Virus record (IMG/VR): IMGVR_UViG_3300042430_000603
Coordinates: 1 to 57,103 of that record
Length of the DNA: 57,103 nucleotides
Reading direction: 5' to 3' (one strand)
Source of the DNA: a virus
Taxonomy: Duplodnaviria; Caudoviricetes
Each line of letters opens with the position of its first letter. Within the stretch, counting starts at the first letter, position 1. Below, piece after piece: positions 39,893 to 46,361 of this stretch. The notes below the pieces were generated by a model. That model ran no database searches. It was given only the letters and a program-made list of their open reading frames with translations, and was not told the DNA's origin. A program made the translations under genes and the position numbers.

Positions 39893-40108
39893 ATGTACGT
39901 AAAATTTAATTCTGAAAATAAAAGTGAAATCTGCTATTTAAACCCAATTGAAGGTACTAATTTAGAAGGTTTTGAAACTTGTGCAGACAGCTTAATGGGT
40001 CTTAGACTTATCAAGGCTAATGGTACTATTCGTGCAATGACTGAAGAGGAACTTGCTGCAGAGAGAACAGAACTAGCTAGGGCAAGAGAATCTTCTTCTG
40101 CTACTTAA
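39893..40108 (+). CDS. Hypothetical protein (fibre-associated)
   Basis: ATG 39893 with GGAG RBS; R.MT.EE motif. Confidence 0.55.
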   Translation: MYVKFNSENKSEICYLNPIEGTNLEGFETCADSLMGLRLIKANGTIRAMTEEELAAERTELARARESSSAT

Positions 40109-40119
40109 GGAGATTTTAA

Positions 40120-41118
40120 ATGGCAACTAAATTAACAGTTGAAGAATTACAAGTAACCTCATTAGCAGCTTCTGGCGGAGTAGATTTAGCAAACTCTTAT
40201 GTAACTGTTAGCGGAACTAAATACCCTGTAGAAGTAGATGGACTAGTTACTCTTCCAACATTGGTTACAGGTCAACAAACTTACACAACTGCTGGAACTT
40301 ATACGTGGGTTGCTCCTGCTGGAGTATATGGAGTATCGGTTGTAGCCGTAGGTGGTGGTGGTGCAGGCTATGATGGATGGGCAAATCCAGCTGGTGGTGG
40401 CGCTGGCTTAGGTTGGAAAAATAATATTAAGGTAAAACCAGGAACTAGTTATGAAGTTAAAGTTGGTGCTGGTGGTTTATCTTACCCCAACACTACAAGT
40501 ACTCAAGCTTTAATGGGTGGTGGGACCAGCTACTTTAAAGATACTAGTACAGTAGCAGGTTACGGTGGAGGAAACGCTGGTGGCAGCATTCAAAATAACA
40601 ATGGACCTTCTTCCAATGGTTATGGTGGTGGATATATAGGCGATGGCGGTGGTGCTGGAGGTAATGCTACAGGTCATCCAGGTGGCGGTGGTGCTGGTGG
40701 TTATACAGGTAGAGGTTATAACCAACAAGAGACTTGGAATACTGCTAATAATGGCGGTGGCGGTGGTGGATACTATAGCTCTACTTATGGTTCAGGTGGT
40801 GGTGGTGGGGTAGGTCTTAACGGAATTACAGGATACCCTTCTCCTGGAAACCCATTTTATAATCCATTTTCAGGATATAATAATAGCTCTGGCCAAGGAA
40901 GTGGTGGTAGTGGTGCTCACGGTGGTACAAATGGAGGCTATGGTGAAAACCCATTCTCTGGGTCAGGTCAAAGCTCTAACAATATTCCTGGAGGCAACTA
41001 TGGTGGAGGCGGTGGTGGCCCAGGTAGTTCTTGGCCAAGCGCATCAGGTGATGGTGGTATAGGCGGAGTGCGTATTATTTGGGGACCAGGCCGTTCATAT
41101 CCTGGAAATGCATCATAA
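40120..41118 (+). CDS. Glycine-rich tail/fibre protein
   Basis: GTYTWVAPAGV..VSVVAVGGGGAG...GG.GGVRIIW glycine-rich domain. Confidence 0.72.
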   Translation: MATKLTVEELQVTSLAASGGVDLANSYVTVSGTKYPVEVDGLVTLPTLVTGQQTYTTAGTYTWVAPAGVYGVSVVAVGGGGAGYDGWANPAGGGAGLGWKNNIKVKPGTSYEVKVGAGGLSYPNTTSTQALMGGGTSYFKDTSTVAGYGGGNAGGSIQNNNGPSSNGYGGGYIGDGGGAGGNATGHPGGGGAGGYTGRGYNQQETWNTANNGGGGGGYYSSTYGSGGGGGVGLNGITGYPSPGNPFYNPFSGYNNSSGQGSGGSGAHGGTNGGYGENPFSGSGQSSNNIPGGNYGGGGGGPGSSWPSASGDGGIGGVRIIWGPGRSYPGNAS

Positions 41119-41126
41119 GGAATATT

Positions 41127-41573
41127 ATGGAATATATTGAAGTAGGACAAAATGAGCAACCTATTGGTGCTCCTATATTGGAAGAAAATTTAAAATACGT
41201 ATTTCCAAACTTGCATATCATACCAGAAAATATGCATGAACATGGATATCGGCCAATACTAGATAATAAACCTGAAATAACAGCTAAACAATATTTACGT
41301 AGATTACATTTTTCAAAACAAGGTGATAATTTTGTATGGAATTGGGAAATTGTTACACACGATCAAGATCATTTAACTAACTATTGTATTCGTTTTAGAA
41401 GAGATAGTGAATTAAGAGACTGTGATTGGACACAAACTTTAGATGCACCACTAAGTGCTCAAAAGAAAACTGAATGGGCAGCATATAGATCTGCTCTTCG
41501 TAATTTAACAAACTTATATCCAGCTGTAGATTTTACAACTGAAATAGAATGGCCAGTGAGACCAAGTAAATGA
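41127..41573 (+). CDS. Tail fibre assembly chaperone
   Basis: C-terminal R..RD..L...DWTQ..DAPL....K.EW..YR.ALR.L...WP..P motif; ATG 41127 has an AAGGA RBS. Confidence 0.75.
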   Translation: MEYIEVGQNEQPIGAPILEENLKYVFPNLHIIPENMHEHGYRPILDNKPEITAKQYLRRLHFSKQGDNFVWNWEIVTHDQDHLTNYCIRFRRDSELRDCDWTQTLDAPLSAQKKTEWAAYRSALRNLTNLYPAVDFTTEIEWPVRPSK

Positions 41574-42226
41574 GTGAATTTTTAAGACCAATAATGGCTA
41601 CACCACTTTTGATTGGGAAGTCGGACTTAGTATCTATCAGGGAAGAGCTTAATGCTCTTTCCTATAGTTTAAGAGATAATCTAAAAGAAGGTAGTTTAGT
41701 TTCTGAAGAATGGGATCAAGGAATAAAATCGTCTAATAAAGAAGACTTTTATAAAAGTGGAGTAACTTCTTTTAATTCAATTGAAGATTTATTTCATAAA
41801 CCAGAATGGAAAAATGTATCTGATTTTATTTTTGATTTTTCAAAAACTATGATTAATACAGTAAATCCTAATAATAAGAAAATGCATATTATTAACATGT
41901 GGACAACAATTTATCCACCAGGTGCTTTTGTACCTGAGCATGTGCATTCTAACTCATATCTTAGTGGTGTGTTCTACTCTAAGACTCCAAAGAATTGTGG
42001 AGATATTGTTTTTCATGATCCTTCATGGGTAGCCAAAACAATGTTTATGCATACTGATATGCCTACATTCCCAAATGTAGAAACTAAACATAGTATTTCT
42101 CCAGAAGAAGGATTAATGGTTATATTTCCTTCTTGGTTGCCTCATAGATCATTACCAAATAACTCTACAGAAGATAGAATCATAGTCAGTTTTAATATAG
42201 GATTTTTAGATGAGACCGATGTATAA
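41570..42226 (+). CDS. 2OG-Fe(II) oxygenase (TIGR02466-like)
   Basis: HVH...LSGVFY, G.IVFHDP, FPSWLPH and RIIVSFN motifs. Confidence 0.85.
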   Translation: MSEFLRPIMATPLLIGKSDLVSIREELNALSYSLRDNLKEGSLVSEEWDQGIKSSNKEDFYKSGVTSFNSIEDLFHKPEWKNVSDFIFDFSKTMINTVNPNNKKMHIINMWTTIYPPGAFVPEHVHSNSYLSGVFYSKTPKNCGDIVFHDPSWVAKTMFMHTDMPTFPNVETKHSISPEEGLMVIFPSWLPHRSLPNNSTEDRIIVSFNIGFLDETDV

Positions 42227-42743
42227 GTATTATGATAATGTATTATCAAAAGAAGAATGTGAATACCTAATTGAATATTCAAAAGATAAATTCGAAACTG
42301 CCACAACCCATGAACTAAAACAAAATTCTTTTAGAAGAAAAGGCAAAGTGGCTTGGATTACTCCTGAGTCTGGAGAAGAATATAATAATATAGCTAGAAA
42401 AGTAATTGATTTAATGTTTTATGAAAGTAAAGAAAGTCATTTACAAGAATTGAGTCAAATTGAAAATCTTCAAATAGCTGAATATAAATTTTTAGATCAT
42501 TACAATAAACATATAGATCTAGGTACAACTGGAAACTACAGAATACTTTCTGGAGTTGTTGAATTATCAAACCCTAAAGATTATATTGGTGGCGGATTAG
42601 AAATATTTATTTCTGATAAAAAATTTAGTATACCACTTAAACAAGGTTCTGTAGTTTTCTTTCCATCTATTTTAACTCATAGAGCTAAACCAGTATTTTA
42701 TGGATCACGTTATTCTATGTCCCTATGGGGTCATAAAAAATAA
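42210..42743 (+). CDS. 2OG-Fe(II) oxygenase (prolyl-4-hydroxylase-like)
   Basis: HID, DY.GG.L, FPS..THR..PV and R.S motifs. Confidence 0.85.
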   Translation: MRPMYKYYDNVLSKEECEYLIEYSKDKFETATTHELKQNSFRRKGKVAWITPESGEEYNNIARKVIDLMFYESKESHLQELSQIENLQIAEYKFLDHYNKHIDLGTTGNYRILSGVVELSNPKDYIGGGLEIFISDKKFSIPLKQGSVVFFPSILTHRAKPVFYGSRYSMSLWGHKK

Positions 42744-42750
42744 GTAAACA

Positions 42751-42776
42751 AACGGGGAACTTCGGTTCCCTGTTTT
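42751..42776 (+). terminator. Rho-independent terminator with cUUCGg loop
   Basis: AACGGGGAAC-TTCG-GTTCCCTGTT followed by TT. Confidence 0.75.
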
Positions 42777-42790
42777 ATTAAGGAGTTTAA

Positions 42791-43327
42791 ATGGCGTTAA
42801 GAGAATTAATTAAAGATGCACATGATAGTGCAGAGAATCATCCTTTTGTAAAGAAACTATTTGCAGGAAAAATTACAAAAGAAGAGTATGGTGACTTTTT
42901 GTTTAATCAAAAACATTGCTATGCTGCATTAGAGCAAACTGCTGAAGCATTAGGTTTATTAGATGATATTGTAACTATTAAACGTACAGCAAAGATTGCA
43001 CAAGATCTACGAGATCTAAATAGAGACAAGTCTAGACAACATTTACACATGAGCACAATGGCTTACTGTGAGTATGTCAGAAAATGTTCAAAAGAACAAT
43101 TACTTGCCCACATTTATGTCCGCCATTTTGGTGATATGTACGGTGGTCAAATGCTAAAGAAGTTAGTTCCAGGTTCTGGTTCAATGTATGAATTTTATAA
43201 TCGCACAGAACTTATTGCTATTGCTAGAGAAAAATTAACAGACGATTTAGCTGATGAAGCTAAGATAGTCTTTGCCTTTGCAACACAACTATTTGATGAG
43301 TTAGCTGATGAGCATAATATTCAGTAA
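42791..43327 (+). CDS. hemO: Heme oxygenase (biliverdin-forming)
   Basis: Proximal His in LRELIKDAHDSAE; distal helix AHIYVRHFGDMYGGQML. Confidence 0.9.
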   Translation: MALRELIKDAHDSAENHPFVKKLFAGKITKEEYGDFLFNQKHCYAALEQTAEALGLLDDIVTIKRTAKIAQDLRDLNRDKSRQHLHMSTMAYCEYVRKCSKEQLLAHIYVRHFGDMYGGQMLKKLVPGSGSMYEFYNRTELIAIAREKLTDDLADEAKIVFAFATQLFDELADEHNIQ

Positions 43328-43994
43328 ACTTGAGAAGCATACACAAGACTTTAAAGATATATTAGAGTCAAGAACTTTCTTATCTGAAGAGACTCATCCA
43401 TTCCCTTGGGAAAATAATATCTATGTTAATGCTCATGTTCGTAGAGCACACTTAGATGTAGTAGATGCTAGAGATAATAAAAAGCTTTACATGATGCACC
43501 TCTGTGTATTTCCAAAGGTCTACAGTGATGCACCTATCTACGGATTTGATCTTATTGCTGGGACTAATAAAGTTACTGGAGCATTCCATGATTTTAGTCC
43601 TTGTGGTAATAAAGATCACGAACTAGTTAAATGGTTTGCTAATGAAGTAAAAGATCAAGAATGGAGTAAACCTAGAGAACTACCTGAGTGGGCTAAGAAT
43701 ATATTTAGTTCTTCAATGGTAGCTGCTGGTAATATTAATTCTGAGTTTGAGTTAAATGAAATACTCGAGCTATCTAAAAGATCATTAGAAAAGTATTTAG
43801 ATACACTACATAAGCTAAGTAGTCGGCATAGTTATGATTATAAGATAGAAAATTTTAATTTTACTGAACAACAAAATTGGTATTGTCAAAATCAAAAGAA
43901 AAATCCTCATACACCTAGAGTAATGCAGTCTCTTGGCTTTGATGAAGAAACAGTAAACAAGTTTATTCAAGAATGTCTTTTTCCAGAGGTATAA
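43308..43994 (+). CDS. pcyX: Ferredoxin-dependent bilin reductase, PcyX/PcyA type
   Basis: RRAHLDV, MMHLCVFP, PIYGFDLIAG, AFHDFSP, RELPEWA..IFS and Q.WYC..QKKN motifs; overlaps the heme oxygenase gene. Confidence 0.82.
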   Translation: MSIIFSKLEKHTQDFKDILESRTFLSEETHPFPWENNIYVNAHVRRAHLDVVDARDNKKLYMMHLCVFPKVYSDAPIYGFDLIAGTNKVTGAFHDFSPCGNKDHELVKWFANEVKDQEWSKPRELPEWAKNIFSSSMVAAGNINSEFELNEILELSKRSLEKYLDTLHKLSSRHSYDYKIENFNFTEQQNWYCQNQKKNPHTPRVMQSLGFDEETVNKFIQECLFPEV

Positions 43995-43995
43995 T

Positions 43996-44082
43996 ATGGA
44001 ATACATTGCACTACTAACTGTACCTCCAATATTTTATTGGTATACTAAAGAATATATCAAATGGTACTGCGAAGTACATTAA
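43996..44082 (+). CDS. Putative 28-aa peptide
   Basis: GAGGT RBS, ATG...TAA, MEYIALLTVPPIFYWYTKEYIKWYCEVH; ends just before a terminator. Confidence 0.4.
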   Translation: MEYIALLTVPPIFYWYTKEYIKWYCEVH

Positions 44083-44085
44083 AAT

Positions 44086-44110
44086 GGTCACCTAAAAGGT
44101 GGCCTTTTTT
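44086..44110 (+). terminator. Rho-independent terminator closing the late/auxiliary operon
   Basis: GGTCACCT-AAA-AGGTGGCC followed by T6. Confidence 0.85.
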
Positions 44111-44202
44111 ATCAAAAAAAGTGAGAAAAATGACGTATCTATAATGAAGAAATATCATTAGATAGAGTACTCAAATCAAAGTAAACTTTTAAAGGAAATC
44201 AA

Positions 44203-44466
44203 ATGTTAAAGCTAATTATTGCAGTATCAATCGCAGTATTGTCTACTAGTGCTATGGCATCTAAGCATGAGAAGTACGTAGATATGTTAATTGAAGATGG
44301 AATAATTAAAGCAACTGATAAGGCTAAAACAATATGCCAAATGGATGCTTTAGAAGTTTCAGTCTATGCCCTTGATAAAGAAATCAAGAAAGCAAAAGAT
44401 CCTTTTACTATTAAGCCAGTAGACCCTTATAAGGTAATGGCAGTATGTAATAAGCAGCACAACTGA
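44203..44466 (+). CDS. Exported hypothetical protein (Sec signal peptide)
   Basis: MLKLIIAVSIAVLSTSAMA-type signal with an AxA cleavage site; AAGGA RBS. Confidence 0.7.
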   Translation: MLKLIIAVSIAVLSTSAMASKHEKYVDMLIEDGIIKATDKAKTICQMDALEVSVYALDKEIKKAKDPFTIKPVDPYKVMAVCNKQHN

Positions 44467-44511
44467 TGAGTCTTTATGAGACGAAACCGTTGAGAAACGG
44501 TCTTGTGTATT
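44449..44511 (+). ncRNA. Type I hammerhead ribozyme (predicted cleavage after C44502)
   Basis: Stem I CACAA/TTGTG, core CTGATGA, stem II GTCT-TTATG-AGAC, GAAA, stem III CCGTT-GAGA-AACGG, GUC cleavage triplet. Confidence 0.9.
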
Positions 44512-44536
44512 TTTTGTTAACTAACGGAGTTTTTAA

Positions 44537-44947
44537 ATGAAAAAGTTCTTAATTGTTTTGTCTTTGAGCATTGCTAGTGTTTCTTCTTTTGCAAGTGAAG
44601 CATTTTGTAAGCCTAAAGAGGTTCTCAAGGTAGGTACTTATGGTGCATTAGCAGGTGCAGCAGCTTCATTGCTTATCCCTGGCGCAGGACCAATAATTGC
44701 AACAAGTATTATAACAGGTACTATTGCAACTACTGGCAATGTAGCAGTATGTGCATTTGACGAAAAAGATCGTAGTGATAAATTAGCTTTGTTTAACAAG
44801 GCAAATGAACCTACAGCTTTTGAGAAAGCAATTGTAACGCCAGTAGAAGATCGCAATTTTAAAGATAAAGCTGTGATTGGATTTACTTATGGTTATGCAA
44901 AGGCTCATGAGGGTGTTTCAAAAGCTTATGATAATCTTACTAAATAA
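44537..44947 (+). CDS. Exported/membrane hypothetical protein
   Basis: Signal peptide MKKFLIVLSLSIASVSSFA plus a glycine-zipper-like hydrophobic segment; GGAG RBS. Confidence 0.7.
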   Translation: MKKFLIVLSLSIASVSSFASEAFCKPKEVLKVGTYGALAGAAASLLIPGAGPIIATSIITGTIATTGNVAVCAFDEKDRSDKLALFNKANEPTAFEKAIVTPVEDRNFKDKAVIGFTYGYAKAHEGVSKAYDNLTK

Positions 44948-44955
44948 GAGGATAT

Positions 44956-45051
44956 ATGTCAGAAATTATTCTTGATGTTTTATTAGCGGTTATAATTGCA
45001 CTTGTGCTAGTAGCTGCGTTACTTCATGGTTTAGATGCGTTAGTTGAATAA
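44956..45051 (+). CDS. 31-aa single-pass membrane peptide
   Basis: GAGGA RBS; MSEIILDVLLAVIIALVLVAALLHGLDALVE. Confidence 0.6.
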   Translation: MSEIILDVLLAVIIALVLVAALLHGLDALVE

Positions 45052-45060
45052 GGAATTAAA

Positions 45061-45174
45061 ATGATTTATTTTGTTTACAATAAAGCAGATGGTAGTTTAA
45101 TTACAACTATTGCCTATGTAGAAGATTTAAAATATTTTAATCCTGAACTTGTAAGTATAGTAACTTACATTTAA
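45061..45174 (+). CDS. 37-aa hypothetical protein
   Basis: AAGGA RBS; MIYFVYNKADGSLITTIAYVEDLKYFNPELVSIVTYI. Confidence 0.55.
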   Translation: MIYFVYNKADGSLITTIAYVEDLKYFNPELVSIVTYI

Positions 45175-45177
45175 GCC

Positions 45178-45252
45178 TTCTCGGATAGAGAGACCCTCTA
45201 GGGTATGTACTAGACTTTCTCAGCAGAGAGACCTCTTGGGGTAAGTACCAAG
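45178..45252 (+). repeat. Tandem pair of structured elements (hairpin + H-type pseudoknot) with compensatory changes
   Basis: TTCTC-GGATA-GAGAG-ACC-C-TCTAG-GGT-ATGTA-CTAGA and TTCTC-AGCA-GAGAG-ACC-T-CTTGG-GGT-AAGTA-CCAAG. Confidence 0.7.
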
Positions 45253-45274
45253 TTCTTTTAATTTTGGAGTTATA

Positions 45275-45520
45275 ATGAGTAAATTTCTTTTGTTAAACCC
45301 ACTGTATGGCGATAACTTCGGATGTACAGCGCAAGAAATCATTGAATCATTAGAGGAATTTGGTCTTACTTATATCTTCTCAAATGACACTAAAGGTATA
45401 CCAGCAGTTTATGCTACTAGTACATCTAAAGAGTTAATTGAAAGAATGTGTACTGAAGTTGAACTTGATGGATCTATCATTGAGTTTACTTCAATTTATG
45501 ATCAACTAATTGAGGATTGA
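45275..45520 (+). CDS. Hypothetical protein
   Basis: 81-aa acidic ORF with GGAG RBS. Confidence 0.65.
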   Translation: MSKFLLLNPLYGDNFGCTAQEIIESLEEFGLTYIFSNDTKGIPAVYATSTSKELIERMCTEVELDGSIIEFTSIYDQLIED

Positions 45521-45777
45521 TTATGCCTAGACTAACTTTAAAAGCAGGTGATTACACTATTGAAGCCATTCAATACAATGCCTTTGACTCTGTTGAAGTA
45601 ATTGTGTATGATGACTTTTTACAAGCGATAGTATCCCCTTCATTATATGATGTTAAATCAGCTTATATGACTGGGGAAACTATAGCTTCTGTTATTACAG
45701 AGTCTGCTGAAGACTTTCGTAGAATTTTTAAAGCAGTTGAAGACTTAGTCTTTGTAGATAAGAAACTTGGAGTTTAA
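45517..45777 (+). CDS. Hypothetical protein
   Basis: ORF coupled to its neighbours; GAGGA RBS; start may be ATG 45523. Confidence 0.6.
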   Translation: MIMPRLTLKAGDYTIEAIQYNAFDSVEVIVYDDFLQAIVSPSLYDVKSAYMTGETIASVITESAEDFRRIFKAVEDLVFVDKKLGV

Positions 45778-45778
45778 A

Positions 45779-46018
45779 ATGTGCAATAAATGCTTATTTA
45801 ATCCTTCACCAGTTAAAATTGCAGATGAAGAAGGTTATGTTTACCATGTAGGTAAAGAAATTTATAATTATGTTAAGGCTAAATATGAGCCACATTCTTT
45901 AGATTTTTTTAACCAAGTGGGTGCAGAACTAGATCTCTGGAAAGTTAACCCTTTAGCAAATGTTAATCAACGATTTAAGAGAATTGGTCATGTCAACACA
46001 ATCAGGAACAGCAGGTAG
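45779..46018 (+). CDS. Hypothetical protein
   Basis: ATG 45779 after GGAG; begins with CxxC. Confidence 0.55.
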   Translation: MCNKCLFNPSPVKIADEEGYVYHVGKEIYNYVKAKYEPHSLDFFNQVGAELDLWKVNPLANVNQRFKRIGHVNTIRNSR

Positions 46019-46190
46019 AACTAAGAAGTTTAATACATTCCAAATTCTATGCGTAGAATGGTTTATGTATTTTGTGATATTAGTGTTACTAGATGGAAAC
46101 AACAACAGCATTGAAGAATGTGCTGGTGGTGCTTTTATGCTATTAGCATTAATTAGGATTTTCCTTTTTATTAAGAAGCAAAAATCTTAA
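45990..46190 (+). CDS. Small two-helix membrane protein
   Basis: Two hydrophobic segments; start uncertain (45960 or 45990). Confidence 0.5.
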   Translation: MSTQSGTAGRTKKFNTFQILCVEWFMYFVILVLLDGNNNSIEECAGGAFMLLALIRIFLFIKKQKS

Positions 46191-46215
46191 CACTCCCTGC
46201 CAGCGGGAGTATAAT
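46187..46215 (+). promoter_or_regulatory. Sigma70-like host promoter upstream of the RNAP operon
   Basis: TTAACA-17 nt-TATAAT (5/6 and 6/6 consensus). Confidence 0.6.
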
Positions 46216-46224
46216 CTAGCTGGC
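46192..46224 (+). other. H-type pseudoknot / nested inverted repeats
   Basis: S1 ACTCCC/GGGAGT, L1 = T, S2 GCCAGC/GCTGGC, L3 = ATAATCTA. Confidence 0.55.
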
Positions 46225-46262
46225 TTTTCTTATCAAAAATAATAATAATAATAAGGATATTT

Positions 46263-46361
46263 ATGAGCGTTTGGAAAGCTTGTTTGGTTGTTGGTTTAAT
46301 CTTCTTAGCACGGAAGGTTGTTAATTACATGGAGGCTGCAGAGGTAGAAGTAAAAGAGTGA
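46263..46361 (+). CDS. 32-aa peptide coupled to the RNAP gene
   Basis: AAGGA RBS; MSVWKACLVVGLIFLARKVVNYMEAAEVEVKE; its TGA overlaps the RNAP GTG start (GTGA). Confidence 0.55.
   Translation: MSVWKACLVVGLIFLARKVVNYMEAAEVEVKE

Noticed and set aside
24922-41118. Diversity-generating retroelement acting on fibre genes
   Set aside because: No reverse transcriptase in the window, and no template/variable repeat pair with adenine-specific differences was seen.
44159-44187. Possible sigma70 promoter TAGATA-N17-TAAACT
   Set aside because: Only 4/6 in each box, and the implied +1 would fall inside the RBS of the next gene.
45150-45169. Hairpin TGTAAGT-ATAGTA-ACTTACA at the end of a small ORF
   Set aside because: An AT-rich 7-bp stem inside coding sequence with no second copy or proper U-tract; could be chance.
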